Shown here: one piece after another, positions 10,753 to 25,000 of the stretch
Position numbering within the stretch: position 1 is the stretch's first letter
Layout of the letters: each line of letters begins with the position of its first letter
NCBI GenBank assembly: GCA_023334545.1
Contig: JAADVB010000052.1
Coordinates: 1-64,000, forward strand
Direction: 5' to 3'
Source: Salisapilia sapeloensis CBS 127946
Lineage: Eukaryota > Protista > Oomycota
DNA length: 64,000 nt
Notes under the pieces: model-generated
The model's input: only the letters and a program-made list of their open reading frames with translations
Told to the model about the DNA's origin: nothing
The model's database searches: none
Translations under genes and position numbers: made by a program

Positions 10753-12799
10753 TCAATCTCGAATTGCGTTATAATAAAAGTAAATACTAGATGCAGCCAC
10801 GATGGGAATAAGCGCTAGCAGTAGGTTTGTCAAGGCACTCACACGCGTGGCGTTGCCGCGATGGAACATCACCTCAGCTCGGAGCGCTTCTGCCTTCGCA
10901 CTGATGTCTTCCGAGACCTTCCTACTAGCCATCGCTCTTTCCTTCAGTTCATCAAACTTTCGATGCCAAATCTCTTCCGATTGCTTCCGCTCCAACAGTT
11001 CATCCTGAGCGACCCGCAGCTTCCTTTTTGCATTTTGAAGTTGCTCAGCATACCAAGATTGGTCGTTCTTCATTTGATCGTTCAAAGGCGAGGATGCGGC
11101 CTTTACTTTCTCTAACTCCTTTTTCTGATGCACCAATTGCGCCTCAAGCGTACTGCCGTGTTCCTTCCACTTTTCCAGACTAGCACTGAAAGCTTCTGAC
11201 TCAGTCTGGGCGTCGGATAGCTCTGCTTGAGCATGTACGAGTTCCTTTGCCTTTTTCTCCAAGTCTTGCTTGAGAGAGCTTCTCTCCGTCTCCAGAATCT
11301 TACAGGTCTCTCGTAACTGGTCAACTACGCTGGACACTTCCATCGCATCATGCTTGGCACTCTCAGCGTGGGCTTTGGATTCACTGAGCTTGCTATGAAG
11401 ATCCAAAATCTCCACTTTCTGTCTCTCCACAGTTCTCTCGAGTTCACCAGTATGGGCTTCTTGTCTGTCATACTCGCTTTCGAGATCCGCCTTCTCTTCT
11501 TCCAACTTGCTTATTTGCTTCTACACACCATTTGTAAAAGTCAGAGTTTATCCGGCTGAAAATACGACAAGGGTAAAAGTCAATTAGACCTGATAGTTGG
11601 ACAACTGACGACAACTCTCGTCAAGATCAGCCTCCAGTTCGTTCACTCGCTTTTCCTGCTTGTCCTGTGCGTCTTTGCTGCTCTGCTCTAAAGACTCCAA
11701 GTCCTGACTGAGACGTACCCACTCTCGCCCGAGCTCGCACTTCTCATCATTCGCAGCGGACAGCTGATGCTGCAGGCGCCTCGAGGCTGTCCGTAGTCCG
11801 TCTGCCTCTTGTTCGAGCTTTTTGTGGTCTTCTTGGAGATCTTCGTAAGAGCCTTTCACTTCCTCCAGTTCATCCTGAGGTTAGGCTGATTAGACCAAAT
11901 CGAGTAAATGATAAGTACATTTTATAACTTGTACCTTGGCTTGTTTCAGTTTGGCATTGTCGTCTTTCAACTGCGATATCATCGCTGCTTGATGCTCCAA
12001 CTTCTCGTCTTTTTCATTGTTCTCGTTCTCTAAATCCTCCAGTTGCTGGGCTAGCTGGTCACAGTCATCACGTAGCTGGTTTTCTTGCTGCTGTGAGTCC
12101 AAAAGCTGTTCCTTCAAAGCTTGCAACTCGATGTCTAGACTCTGATTCTCTGTCAAAGCTTGCTCGTTTTCCTCCTGCAACTTCGCAAGAGCAGATTGGT
12201 GACTTTCCTAGACATAACGTATTAATTTATTGCTTGACCGTCGCTTGAAAGGTCCCACTCACCTCTTTTTCTGACATGCCTTCTTCCAAAACTGCCAGCT
12301 TATCTACTTTCTCTTGGTTCGATGCTTCCAATTCTGCAATACGCTTCCGAAAGTGCTCTGCGTCGTCCGAAGATGATGCAGTACCTTCCTCACTGCCTTT
12401 ATGCAATCCGGACCTGGCTTCCCCGATGCTACTAAGAAGCTGGTTTTCTTCTGTGATCTGGGCGTCGAGGTCTTTCGTGTCAAGGTCCAATTCCAAGTTC
12501 AATTCCTTCCGACTGCTTTCAAGACCCTCCGTGTTCATTTGCTCTGCACCGTCTTCCTTATTATTCTGACCTTCCACCGAAGTGGAATGCTCCTCCGGAT
12601 CAGCAGACTGCTCACGACTTTCCCACTCCTTGACCATTTTTGTCATCTCGGCAAACCTCTTCGTCTCTCGATCAAGCTCTTCATGGGAAACAGCCTGGCC
12701 TCTTTCACTAAGCTGGCGTCCTCTCAGACTTTCAATGTGAGCTAGCTGATCTTCTCGCGCCTGCTCCAGCTCCTCCCTGGTCCGATACTCCATGTGCAC
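10753..12799 (-). CDS. Coiled-coil protein with C-terminal transmembrane anchor (golgin-like), about 4 exons
   Basis: Four collinear E/K/Q/L-rich ORFs separated by short GT-AG gaps. The last ends in hydrophobic LTNLLLALIPIVAASSIYFYY. Confidence 0.65.
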
Positions 12800-13005
12800 T
12801 GCGAAACAACGTACTGGCCAAAGCTTTGCCGCGAAAATGGCGTTCCTGTCTGCCCATGTCCAAGATGGCTACATTTGAACCATACAAAATGCAAGATCAA
12901 TGGAATGTACCAATACTTTCTTCCTATTGCTTTTAGACAAACGTACAGTTAACACAATGCCGGGAAACGGATGCGCGAGGAGGCGCTTCGGCCGCAACAG
13001 TCAGC

Positions 13006-16000
13006 ATGGCGTTCCAGGCGCGCCACCGATGGGCCATTCAGTGCATCCAGACATCGTTGGGTTTCCAGGATGAAGGCCAGGTAGAGGACCTGTTGAGAGG
13101 AGAGGCCAACATGGCTCGCCTCGCGGCCTTCTTCCGTCCGGACGGACCTACTAAAATATTCGTTATCTTCCAACCGAAATCTCAGGATGATGCGGTCATT
13201 GAAGATCCTCCTCCACGTAGGCAGTTGGTCATCATGGATGGACTGAAAGAGCCTTTGGCTGAACGAGGTGTCTATTTTACAAAACTGCCTCGCGACAGCT
13301 CATCGGAAGACAAGTTGGAGGCAAAGCAGGAGCAAGATGACAGTGACGACGAGTCCGAAACAACGAGAGAGATCAATCCTTTAGTTGCCAATGATCATTG
13401 CCTCACGTACGGCATCGTGGAGCCGACCGTCCTGCTTTCTGTCGAGACGACGCTGGATCGACTCTTTCAGCCCGTTGTCACAACATCAGACGATTCTGAA
13501 TGGGGAGACGCGACCTCTTCAGCATCTTCGGAATTTTCTCGCGGTCTTGGTGGCTTTGTGGTAGACTTAAAAGATAATTTAAAAGCGATGAATTCTGGTC
13601 TTCACTTGCGGAAACCAGATCTTCAGTACGATTTCAATGACACGAGGAACATCACTAGACTTTCCTCTGATGACGCTGCAGTTTCGCACTTTTCTGAACT
13701 TGTCAAGGAGTGGTGTCGACACACTGAATCGTATTTGGAAGACCAAGACCAGACACGATTCGAAGGTCCTGACGCCGGACCTGCGACGGAGCTAGAGTTC
13801 TGGAGAAGGAAGCTGCAGAAGCTCATGGGCATAACGGAGCAGGTGAAGAGCAAAGAATGTAAAATGGTTATTGGAGTACTCACCATCGTGAGCAAATTCC
13901 ACGATGGCTCAGCTACCAAGTCGGCTGTTATTCCTTTAGTACGAAAGTGGAAGCAGATTGATATCAACATCACGGAGGCCATGAACGAAGCCAAGGACAA
14001 CGTCAAGTACCTTGCGACTCTGGAACGATTTATCGAACCACTATACAGCGGGACGATCGAGTCCGTCATCGACTCCCTCCCAGCACTCATGAACGCTATC
14101 AAAATGATCCACACGATCGCCAGGTACTACAACACAACCGAGCGGATGACCAAGCTTTTCATGAAAGTCACCAATCAAATGATTAAATTATGCAAGAAGA
14201 GTATTCTTGGTGACGAAGGTCCGGAAGCTATTTGGGCCAAAGACCCAGAGACTTTACTCGGCGACCTCGAGAGCTGTCTCACGCTCAACGAGGCGTACCA
14301 GGAACAGTATCGCCTGACGAAAGACAAACTGCTGACGATGCCGAAAGGGAAGCAGTTTGACTTTAGTGAGACGCAGATCTTCGGCAAATTTGATCTCTTC
14401 TGCAGACGAGTCGTTAAACTCATCGATATGTTTAGTACCATCCACCAATTTCGTTTGCTTTCGACCCACCCGATTGAAGGCATGGATCCTCTGCTGGCAT
14501 CTTTCAACACCGCTATCCACTCCTTCCAGTCCAACCGGCACGATCTGCTCGACTTTACCAACAACAAGTTCGATCGAGACTTTGTCGAGTTCAACATCCA
14601 GATCTCAGATCTGGAGGCTTCCCTACAGCACTTTATCAACGTCAGTTTCGACAATATCACCAGCATCGACCAGTCCCTCCTCTTGCTCAAGCAGTTTCAG
14701 TCGATTTTGCAGCGAGAGAACTTACGAAGTGAGCTGGATTCCAAGTTCACAGTCATCTTCCATACATACGGCTTGGAGCTCACCAACGTTCAAGAGATCT
14801 ACGAAAAGTATCGCCACGATCCACCCATCGCACGAACCTTGCCACCTGTAGCCGGCAACATCCTCTGGTCGCGACATCTGCTCCGACGGATTGAGGAGCC
14901 AATGCGTAAGTTTGAAAGCAACCCCGCCGTGCTGTCCACGAAGGAGTCCAAAAAGATCATCAAGACGTACAATAAAGTAGCCCGGACGCTCGTAGCATTC
15001 GAGTACTTGTGGTATGAAGCATGGTGTCAATCGATCGAAGCTTCGAAAGCAGGGTTGCACGCCACGCTGATCATTCGTCATCCAGAGTCTAGAAAGCTAT
15101 ACGTGAACTTTGACAAAGAGATTCTGCAGCTGATCCGGGAAGCCAAGTGCCTCGACCGGATGGGGATTGATATCCCAGATAACGCCAAGATGGTCATGTT
15201 CCAAGAAGACAAATTCAAGCTCTACTATCAGGACTTGACGTACCTTTTGAAAGAGTACGACCGTATCTCTGGCAAAGTGATTCCTGTCATCCAGCCGTTG
15301 CTCCAGCCACACTTTGAGGACTTGCACACGAAGCTACGCCCTGGCATGGTGACGCTCACGTGGACGAGTATGAACATTGACAGCTACAAAGCCCAGGCCC
15401 ACGCTGGCCTCCAACGACTGGAGGAACTCATCAACAACGTCTGTGATATCATTGAAAACCGTATTGAGAAGAATCTCATGATCGTGTCCAAAGCAACACT
15501 CATGCACTTGCCTTCAGACCAATCTTTCGCTCTAGACGATTTCGTCCGAATGCAGGAAAAGCATGTCGGACAGGTCACGATGCAACTTGGTGCCAAGAAC
15601 ATTGAAATCGAAAACGCTGTCAACGACGTCTTGTCTCTAGTCGGGGAGCACTCAATCGAGACGCACGCAGACGCAAGTGGCAGCTGTCGATCTCAAGTTG
15701 CCGGAGCCTTTCACGACTACTATGCGAATCTGTACTACCGTTCCTTGATCAACTGTACTAAGCAGTCTCTAAGTGCATTAAAGACGCGAGTGTGCTCAAA
15801 AGCAGGTACAGGATTTCTCTTTCTGGATCGTCCGTTCTTCGAAGTGGACGTACAACTGTCTGTGCCTTCTGTCCGACTCAGCCCTTCACTGGACGATATT
15901 CAAAAGGCCATTAACAAGTCGGCCGTTGCAGTCCTGCGGTGCTCTAAGAATCTGTTTTTCTGGGGTCAACAGCATCTACCGGACGATGAAAAGACGAGTT

Positions 16001-19000
16001 TGTTTGAAAAACTCGGATGTGACACAGAAATTATAAAGATGGCCATCCTACTCACAGGTGCGTTGCATGGTACAAAGAACCAAGTGCACGAGTACTTGGC
16101 GACATTTAAAAAGTACGATTGGCTTTGGAAGGAGGACATGGAGTTCAGGTACACGCAGTTCATGAAGAGGAACCCTTCGATCCAGGACTTTGAGTGCGAG
16201 CTCCAATACTTTATGCGCATTGAGACGGAGATCGGGACGATCGCCCCGGTCCACAACATCGCGGTCCTGTCCCTCAACACAAAGAATTTAAAGCTGCAAC
16301 TTCGAAATGAATGCAAGCAGTGGAAGGTCCAGTACTCGGACCGTGTGCATCAGCAGGCTCGGACAGCCTTATGGTCCTTGAAAGAGTACATTCGATTAAC
16401 CACTGTGAAGCTGTCGACCAAGGCAGAGTCTCTTGACTCCCTTCGCTTCGTAATGAGCATATTGAAAGAAGTGCGGGAAAGAGAGTCTATGATTGAGATC
16501 GAAATAAGCCCCATCATTGACATGTACGACATGTTGGAGCACTATCTGCCCGGAGGATATATGGACAAGGACGAAATGGATCAGAAAAGCGTCATTCGGA
16601 GCTCATGGAGAAAGCTCGTGGATTACGCAGAGGAGGTGACGGACGGTCTATCCGAAGTCCAAGGCACGTTCAAGAAGGAGTTGATGAAGGACGTCAAGCA
16701 GTTGCAGGTAGACGTGGGTGAGTTTCGTCTGGACTACACTCAGAACGGTCCTATGGTTCCAGGGCTGGAACCCAAAGAAGCAGTCGCGAGGCTCAAACGC
16801 TTTAAGGAAATGGCCACAATGAGAGATCGAAAAGTGGAGATGCTGTCGGCTGGAGAGGAGTTGTTCGGGCTACGCAAAACGGAGTATCCAGACTTGGCAC
16901 GTACAAAGAATGAAATGCAGCTGTTAGATCAACTCTATGGACTGTACATGGATGTCACAGCCATGACGGAAGAACTCAAGGATGTGCTGTGGCAGGATGT
17001 GGCTTCGGAGCTTCCTCGAGCAGTAGAAAACTTTGCCTCGTTAGACAAGCGGTGTAAGAGTTTGCCAAAAAAGCTTCGTGAATGGGAAGCTTTCCACGTA
17101 CTTCGGAAAGACATTAATGAGTTTTTGGAGCTTCTTCCGCTAATCCAGGAATTGAGTAAGGAATACTTGAAGCATCGTCACTGGGAGGAAGTCACGAAGG
17201 CTTGTGAATGCGACCTTCCGTTTGACAGTCCGACGTTCAAGGTGCAAAATGTCCTGGACGCACGCCTCTTGCGCTTCCGAGAAGACATTGAAAATATATG
17301 CGACTCTGCCCAGAAACAGCAACAGATCGAGATCAAGCTAAAGGAAATCAGCGACAAGTGGGCAAGTGCATCGTTTGAATTTGCTGCTTGGCACTCTGGC
17401 GGTGCCCCCGTTCTAAAAAACTATACCAGCGTCGTGGAAGAGCTAGAAGAAAGTCAGATGCAGCTCCAGTCCATGCTAAACATGCGTCACGTGTTGTACT
17501 TTAAGGACGTTGTGCATTCAAAACTGACGCAACTGTCGGACACGGCAGATGTGCTGGAGTTATGGCTAAAGGTGCAAATGCTGTGGACCTCACTGGAGTC
17601 GGTGTTTACTAGTGGCGACATTGCCAAGCAAATGCCAGTGGAGGCAAAGAAGTTTGTCAAAGTGGACAAAGACTGGCTCAAATTGATGGCCAAGGGGGCG
17701 GAAACTGGCTTTGTCGTTGCCTGTTGTGCCAACGAATCGCTCCGGACGACCTTGCCGATCCTGCTCAGTGAGCTAGAACGATGTCAAAAGTCTTTAGAGG
17801 GGTATTTGGAGCAAAAGCGAAAGAAGTTCCCTCGCTTCTACTTTGTCTCGAATCCCCTCTTGCTCCAGATGCTGTCTCGAGGCTCTGATCCGACGTCCGT
17901 CCAGCAGTACTACGAAAAGATCTTTGATAGTATTGATCAAGTCATGTACGATGGCGGTACCGGGGGAAGTGGACGTAAGATCCTTCAGATCAAATCGATG
18001 CACGGGAGTGAAGAGGAAGTAGTGAGTTTGGTGAACCCAGTGTCGACGGATGGCAACATTGAAGACTGGCTGGGTCGGCTGGAGAAGGAGATGAGATTCT
18101 CCGTTAAAGTTCTGTGCCGCCAGGCAGCAGCCGAGTGCTCCACAGGACCGCTAAAGGAGTTTGTGACGAAACACTGCGGACAAATTGCACTTTTGGGTGT
18201 GCAGCTCGGGTGGACTGCGGATTGCCAAGACGCCCTTCAAAAGTGCAAAACGACGAAAGGCATCATGCAGCAGACGAGTAAAAAGCACGGACTGGTGTTG
18301 TCTGAACTCTCTTCCTGGTGCTTAACGGACCTAAACACGAAGCTCATGCGGACGAAGGTTGAAACTCTAGTGACCACCCAGGTGCACCAGCGTGACTGCT
18401 TCCTGGATCTGTGCAAGCTTTACAAGGACAAGAAAATCAGCGATGCGAACGACTTTGAATGGGTCAAACAAGCTCGCTTCTACTGGCGAACCGCACCAGT
18501 AGTCGATCAGGTCGGCATCGATGCCTGTGTTATTTCCATTTGCGACGTCGAATTCAAGTACGCCTTCGAGTACTTGGGGTGCAAAGAGCGCCTAGTCATT
18601 ACTCCGCTGACAGATCGGGCGTATATTACACTCACCCAGGCCCTTGGGATGCATTTAGGAGGAGCTCCGGCTGGACCCGCTGGTACCGGCAAAACCGAGA
18701 CGGTGAAGGACTTGGGTCAGACACTCGGTACATACGTGATAGTCACGAATTGCACAGATCAGCAGCGATCGGCGGACATGGCAAAGATATTCAAAGGGCT
18801 ATGCCAAGGTGGGCTGTGGGGCTGCTTTGACGAATTCAACCGCATCGAGCTACCAGTGCTCTCTGTTGTCGCCCAACAAGTGCTTGCGATAACAAGCGCA
18901 AAGCGATCTCTGTCAACATCCTTCTTCTTCCCAGGCGACCCCCAAAGCATCTCACTTCGGACAGATGCGGCTTACTTTATTACAATGAACCCAGGCTACC

Positions 19001-22000
19001 AGGGCCGACAGGAGCTTCCAGAAAATCTGAAAGAGCTTTTTCGAGGTGTGTCCATGATGGTGCCGGATCGGGAAATCATTATCAAAGTGAAATTGTGTGC
19101 TGCTGGCTATGATTTATTTGCAGAACTTGCGCGGAAGTTCAAGACACTTTATGCCGTGTGTGAGCAGCAATTATCAAAGCAACGACACTATGACTTTGGG
19201 CTGCGCAACATATTGTCGGTGTTGCGCGCAGCAGGTGCGATTAAGCGCAAGAATCTTATGGCAAACGAGGAAGTGCTTATAATGGCCACCCTCCGCGATA
19301 TGAATCTGTCTAAGTTTGTGGCACCTGATGTGCCGATCTTCCTCTCGGTGTTGAAAGATATATTCCCGGGCGTCGTGGCGTGCGATGCTTCAGGCGACAA
19401 TGCCGAACTTCGAACCGCGGTCGTTGAATATGTTGAACGCCAGTCTCGCGTGGCAGTTCCGTCTTGGATCACTAAAGTTATTCAGCTGCATGACACCATC
19501 CTCGTTCGACATGGCATTATTCTGGTTGGACCTGCAGGATCAAGCAAGTCGGAGATCATACGATCGCTACAAGGGTTACTTAGCGTTCGAACAAAAACCC
19601 CTCATCGCCAAATTCGCATGAACCCCAAGGCGATTCGACCAGAAGAAATGTTTGGCGAAACGGACCGCATTTCGGGCGAATGGATCAACGGCATCTTTGC
19701 CGCCATTTGGTCCAAGTTTAACGACAGAAGCAGGAAAGATGTCAATTGGATCGTTTGCGATGGGCCGGTCGATGCGGTTTGGATAGAAAACCTTAATACC
19801 GTTCTGGACGACAACAAGATCCTAACGCTGGCGAATGGCGACCGCCTTCCCATGGCAGATACTTGCAAGCTCATGTTTGAGGTAGAGGACCTTCGCAACG
19901 CTTCTCCTGCGACAGTTTCCAGAGCAGGCATCATCTTTGTGAGCGACACTGACTTGAATTGGGAACCGGTGGGAGAAAAGTGGATTAAAGGTCAGTCCGA
20001 AGGATATCAAGACGTGTTCCGAAAGCATTTCCAAAATCTCTTGGGTACTTGCTCCAAAAATGACTCTGGGGCTTTGTTTGCTTTTGTCGGAAAACAATGC
20101 TATACAGTGGTCCCTTTTTCCAGAGTTACCATTACGCAGTCCTTCCTACGCCTTCTGACTGGCTTACTTCGCCGATATGAGCTAAGTGAAGATGCAACTG
20201 AAGCGTCAGATGAACTGGAACGACTGTGTCTGTTCGCAGTTGCGTGGGCAGTAGGTGGTATTATCGGGGCCGAAGATCGCGTAAAGCTGAGTACGTACCT
20301 GATGGGAGTTAGTTCTCAGCATCCGTGTGGAAACGACGATGGAAAGACAATCTTCGACTACTATTTGCATCCGTCGACACTAGAATGGGAGGTTTGGATG
20401 ATCGATGATACCAATACGTCTATAAAGAGCTATCCCGGCATCGCCATTCCGACCAAGGATACAGTCCGTTCCATGTATCTATTGGATCATTTGCAGTCTA
20501 GCATGTTCCCTGTCTTGCTCGTCGGAGAAGCTGGTATTGGGAAATCATATCTGGCAAGATGGTATTGCCGCGAAAAGTGTGCGACGGATACACACACGTT
20601 AAAGCACATAACGCTTAGTGGCATGTCCACTCCTGGAAGTCTTCAGCAGACGATTGAATGCGGTTTAGAAAAGCGTGGTGGAAAGTCATACGGACCTCCG
20701 CCAGGCCAGAACCTAACGCTGTTCATGGACGATCTGTCTCTTCCCACTCGGAACACGTGGGGAGACCAACCTACGTTAGAACTTGCGCGGCAGGTGCTTG
20801 AAACGTCCTCCATGTGCTTCTTAGATAAAGACAAGCGAGGTGACTTTAAGGCCATCGAAAACGTACGGTACATTTCGTCCATGAGGCTATCAGATGCTGG
20901 CGGTAGTGTTATTCCAGACCGACTGATGCGTCACTTCTTCACCCTCCATATTTTGCCACCGACGACAGAGGTGACAGAATCCATCTGCAGTCGAATCATC
21001 TCGACTCACTTTGCCAGTGGTGAAAACGGATGTCGGAAGACTGTGATAGACATTATGAACCGTGTAGCTACTGCTTCTGTTCAGCTCCTGTTCTGGCTAC
21101 GAAACTCTATGAAGCAGACGCCTTCCAAGTTCCACTACATTTTCACAATGAGGGACTTGACGGCTGCAATACAAAGTATGCTACTTCCCCCAATTTCGAC
21201 CATCGCCAACGAAAAAGTCGCAGTCGACTTGTGGCGGCATGAACACGAGCGAATCTTCATGGATAAGCTCGTGCAGAGTGAGGAAAGAAAGCGATTGCGA
21301 GATGAAGTTTCTGTCATTAGTGAAACTGTGCTATATAAATTTGGTATTAAAGAAAAGTCTGGTCCCGGCTTCTTTGCGTCATTCATGGCCGAACCGGAAG
21401 TCGACGAAGATGGAGATATTATAAGTGAACCACCGAAGGAATATGAGTACGTGAAGTACTTGTCCAGCATTCAAAAACGGTGCAACGCTGTGCTGGATGA
21501 ATACAACAGGGAGAATCCAGCCCGTGCACTTCCACTCATTCTGTTCGATGAAGCAGTGCTCCATCTTGTTCGCATTTCCCGCGTTTTGTCTATGACCAAA
21601 GGTCATATGGTGTTAGTAGGCGTCGGAGGCTCAGGCAAGCGCTCTCTCGTTCGATTAGCCTCTATCATCACCGGTAGTGAGCTGTTTCAGATTGCCACCT
21701 CCAAAACATATAATGTATCTGCTTTCATGGATGATCTTCGTCAGGTTTTTAAGTCTGCAGGACAAATGGGGAAGGCCGTATCATTTCTCCTATCGGATGA
21801 AGATGTCAAGGAAGAGCGCTTTTTGGAACTACTGAACTCGTTTCTAGGTACAGGAGAGATCCCAGGACTGTTTACACGAGACGAATTGGCTGCGATGGCG
21901 TCGGAGCTGCGCAGTATGATGCACAAGGAGCACCCAGAACGGCCTGATACGACGGAGAACCTGGTTGCATACTACAACGCTCGTGTCCAGAGCAACTTGC

Positions 22001-25000
22001 ATTTTCAATTATGCATGTCTCCTGTTGGCGACACTCTGTCGAAACGTTACCGCGACTTTCCTCATTTATTCAATGCATGTGCTATCAACTGGTTCTTACC
22101 ATGGCCGGAAGAAGCGTTGGCAGACGTTAGCAGGGGACGCTTGGCGGATCTTAACCTTGAAGCTACCTCTGGCGTAAAGGATAATTTGATTAGTCTCATG
22201 GGCAACGTACACGGCTGCGTCGTCGAGACTTGCGATGAGTACTTTACAAGAACCCGAAGACGAATCTACCAAACACCTCGGTCGTTCTTGCACTTTTTGT
22301 CCTGCTACAAGTCACTGTATGAGCAGAAAAAGTCAGTCATTGAAAGAAATGAAAACTCGATCAAAGTCGGCCTGCAGAAGCTAGTGCAGGCAGCCAAAGA
22401 CGTAGAGGTCATGGGAGTCTCTTTGAAAGAAGACGAAGTGAAGCTAGCCGTGGCAGAAAGCAATGCCAACCGGATGCTGGAAGGACTGCAAGTGAAGTCG
22501 CTGGAAGCCAAGAAAGAAAGCGACGTAGTGGAGAAAATAAAGGAGGAGTGCATGGCCGACTCAGCTCGTATTTTAAAGGAAAAAGAAGCAGCAGAAGAAG
22601 ATTTGCAAAAAGCCAAACCTTTCCTCGAAGAAGCCGAGCGTGCAGTGAACAGCATCAAGCCAAATGATCTTAATGAACTGAAAAAGCTGGCCAAGCCAGG
22701 GGACATCATTAAGCTAATTTTCGATTGTGTCTCCATCCTGCAAAAGTGCCCGCTAGCAAAAGTAGACCGATCAATCGTCACATTGGGCATAGGCAAGGAC
22801 AAAAGGACAATCGACTTTGTTGCCGACTCGTACGGAATCGTCAAGTCCGGGATGTTAGCTGATACCCGCTTCCTGCAGAATATTCTGTTCTTTTCAAAAC
22901 ATGAAAAGGATAATATAAATGAAGAGACGATGGAACTATTGATGCCATACATGCAGCTGGAAGGCTACACGGCTCCAGTCGCTCGAAACGCTTCCAGAGC
23001 TGCAGAAGGCTTATTCTGCTGGGTCACGGCGATGACAATGTACCATGAGGCATCCAAAGTCGTCAAGCCGAAGCTGGAAGCCCTCAACATTGCCGAGGGA
23101 AAGTTTGAGGCAGCTCAAGCGAACCTTCGCTCTTCCGAGGAGAAGCTGGAAGCTTGTCAGAGCGTACTATCCAAGCTTCAGAACGATTTCCAGACACAGA
23201 TGGCTGAAAAAGCTCAAGTGGAGGCAGATGCGCTTCGGACGAAACGAAAGATGGAGCAGGCGAACTCATTAATTAGCGGTTTAGATGGAGAACGGTGTAG
23301 GTGGACAGAAGATTGCGACCGTTTTGCGGAGCTTAAGGTCCATTTGATTGGCGACAGTGTGCTAGCTTCTGCTTTCCTCATCTACTGTGCCTCGTTTGAC
23401 TATGGGTATCGAACTGTGCTCCTTGACAAGCGTCTGCCGCTAGCAATAGTGAACAAGAGCATTCCGAAGTCACAAGAGTTCAATCTAGAAGAGTTTATGG
23501 TCGACTCTGCTACTGTCAGTAGCTGGAGCTTGGAAGGTTTGCCATCAGATCCGCTGTCCATTCAGAATGGAATACTTGTCACCAAGGGTGAGCGGTTCCC
23601 GTTGCTCATTGACCCCCAAGGTCAAGCATTGTCCTGGATAGTAAACCGAGAGAAAGAGAGACTGCCATCGGCTGGTGTGATATCTATTCATAATTCAAAG
23701 TTAAAAGAAAGTGTAGAGTACTGCGTCAACGAAGGCTTGACGCTCGTTCTGGACGACGTGGAGGATAATGTAGATCCCATATTGGATAATCTGCTCGACA
23801 AGAACATCATCGTCCGGTCCAAGAGCAAGTTTGTGAACATTCTGGATCGTAGTTGCGAGTACAATGATGCCTTTAAGCTGCTCCTAGTATCTCGACTAGC
23901 CAATCCTGCACTAGGACCAGAGCTTCAAGCAAGAGTAACTGTGGTCGACTTTACTGTGACTCCGAAAGGTCTAGAGGAGCAATTGCTAGCGAAAGTCATT
24001 CAGCACGAACAAAAGTCACTCGAGGAGCAGCTCGTTCGAGTCCAAACCGAACTGCGAAACAACAAGCGCGCACTCTTAGACCTAGACGCGTTGCTACTTG
24101 AACGTTTGTCTTCGAACTCGAGCAACTTACTCGAAGATACGGAGCTTATCAGCGTCTTGGAAAGCACAAAGTCAAAAGCACTAGAAGTAAAAGAAAAAAT
24201 ATCTTCGGCTCAAGAAACGAAAAAGGGCATCGATGAGAAGAGAGAGCAGTATCGTCCCGTTGCTACGCGAGGGGCTTTGCTCTACTTTTGCATTCTCGAG
24301 TTTAGCGCAGTGAATAGCATGTACCAGACGTCATTGGCGCAGTTTCTACAGCTCTATAGTCGAGCTATTGAAGAATCGGAACGAGCGACGCTCTCCCTAA
24401 AGCGAGTAGGGAACATCATAGAGGTGCTGACTTACATCGTTTATCGCTACATCAACCGCGGCTTGTACGAAAGAGACAGACTAACGTTCTTGCTTTCTAT
24501 GGCGCTGAAATTGTTGGTCAATGCCAAGTGCATCTCTTCCACCGACATAACACTGCTGATGAATGCAGGAAAAGGAAGCAAGACCGCCCGAGAGCACCCG
24601 AAACCTTTTACGTGGCTATCGAATGAAGTGTGGGCGAATATGGTACACTTGTCTCGAGAAAAGGAGCAATTTGCAAGTCTCCCAACTGTAGTCGAGCGGA
24701 ATGAACAGTCCTGGCGGCAGTGGTTGGACGAGAATGAACCGGAAAAACTACCGATTCCCGAATACGAGAGTGTGCTGTTCGACTCTCGGTCAATAACAGC
24801 TTCCCTCCGCTTCCATCGCCTTCTTCTCGTTCGATACCTCCGCGAAGACCGCACAATTGCCGTCGTAAACGGCTTTTTGCGATCACTGGATTCAATTGAC
24901 TACACGACTACTGCTGGCACTGTTAAGCTGCCCGCGCTCGGTCCTCAGTATGCAGCTCCTGTCGTCGATACCCTAGAGAAACTTTATGGAGATATGCAAG

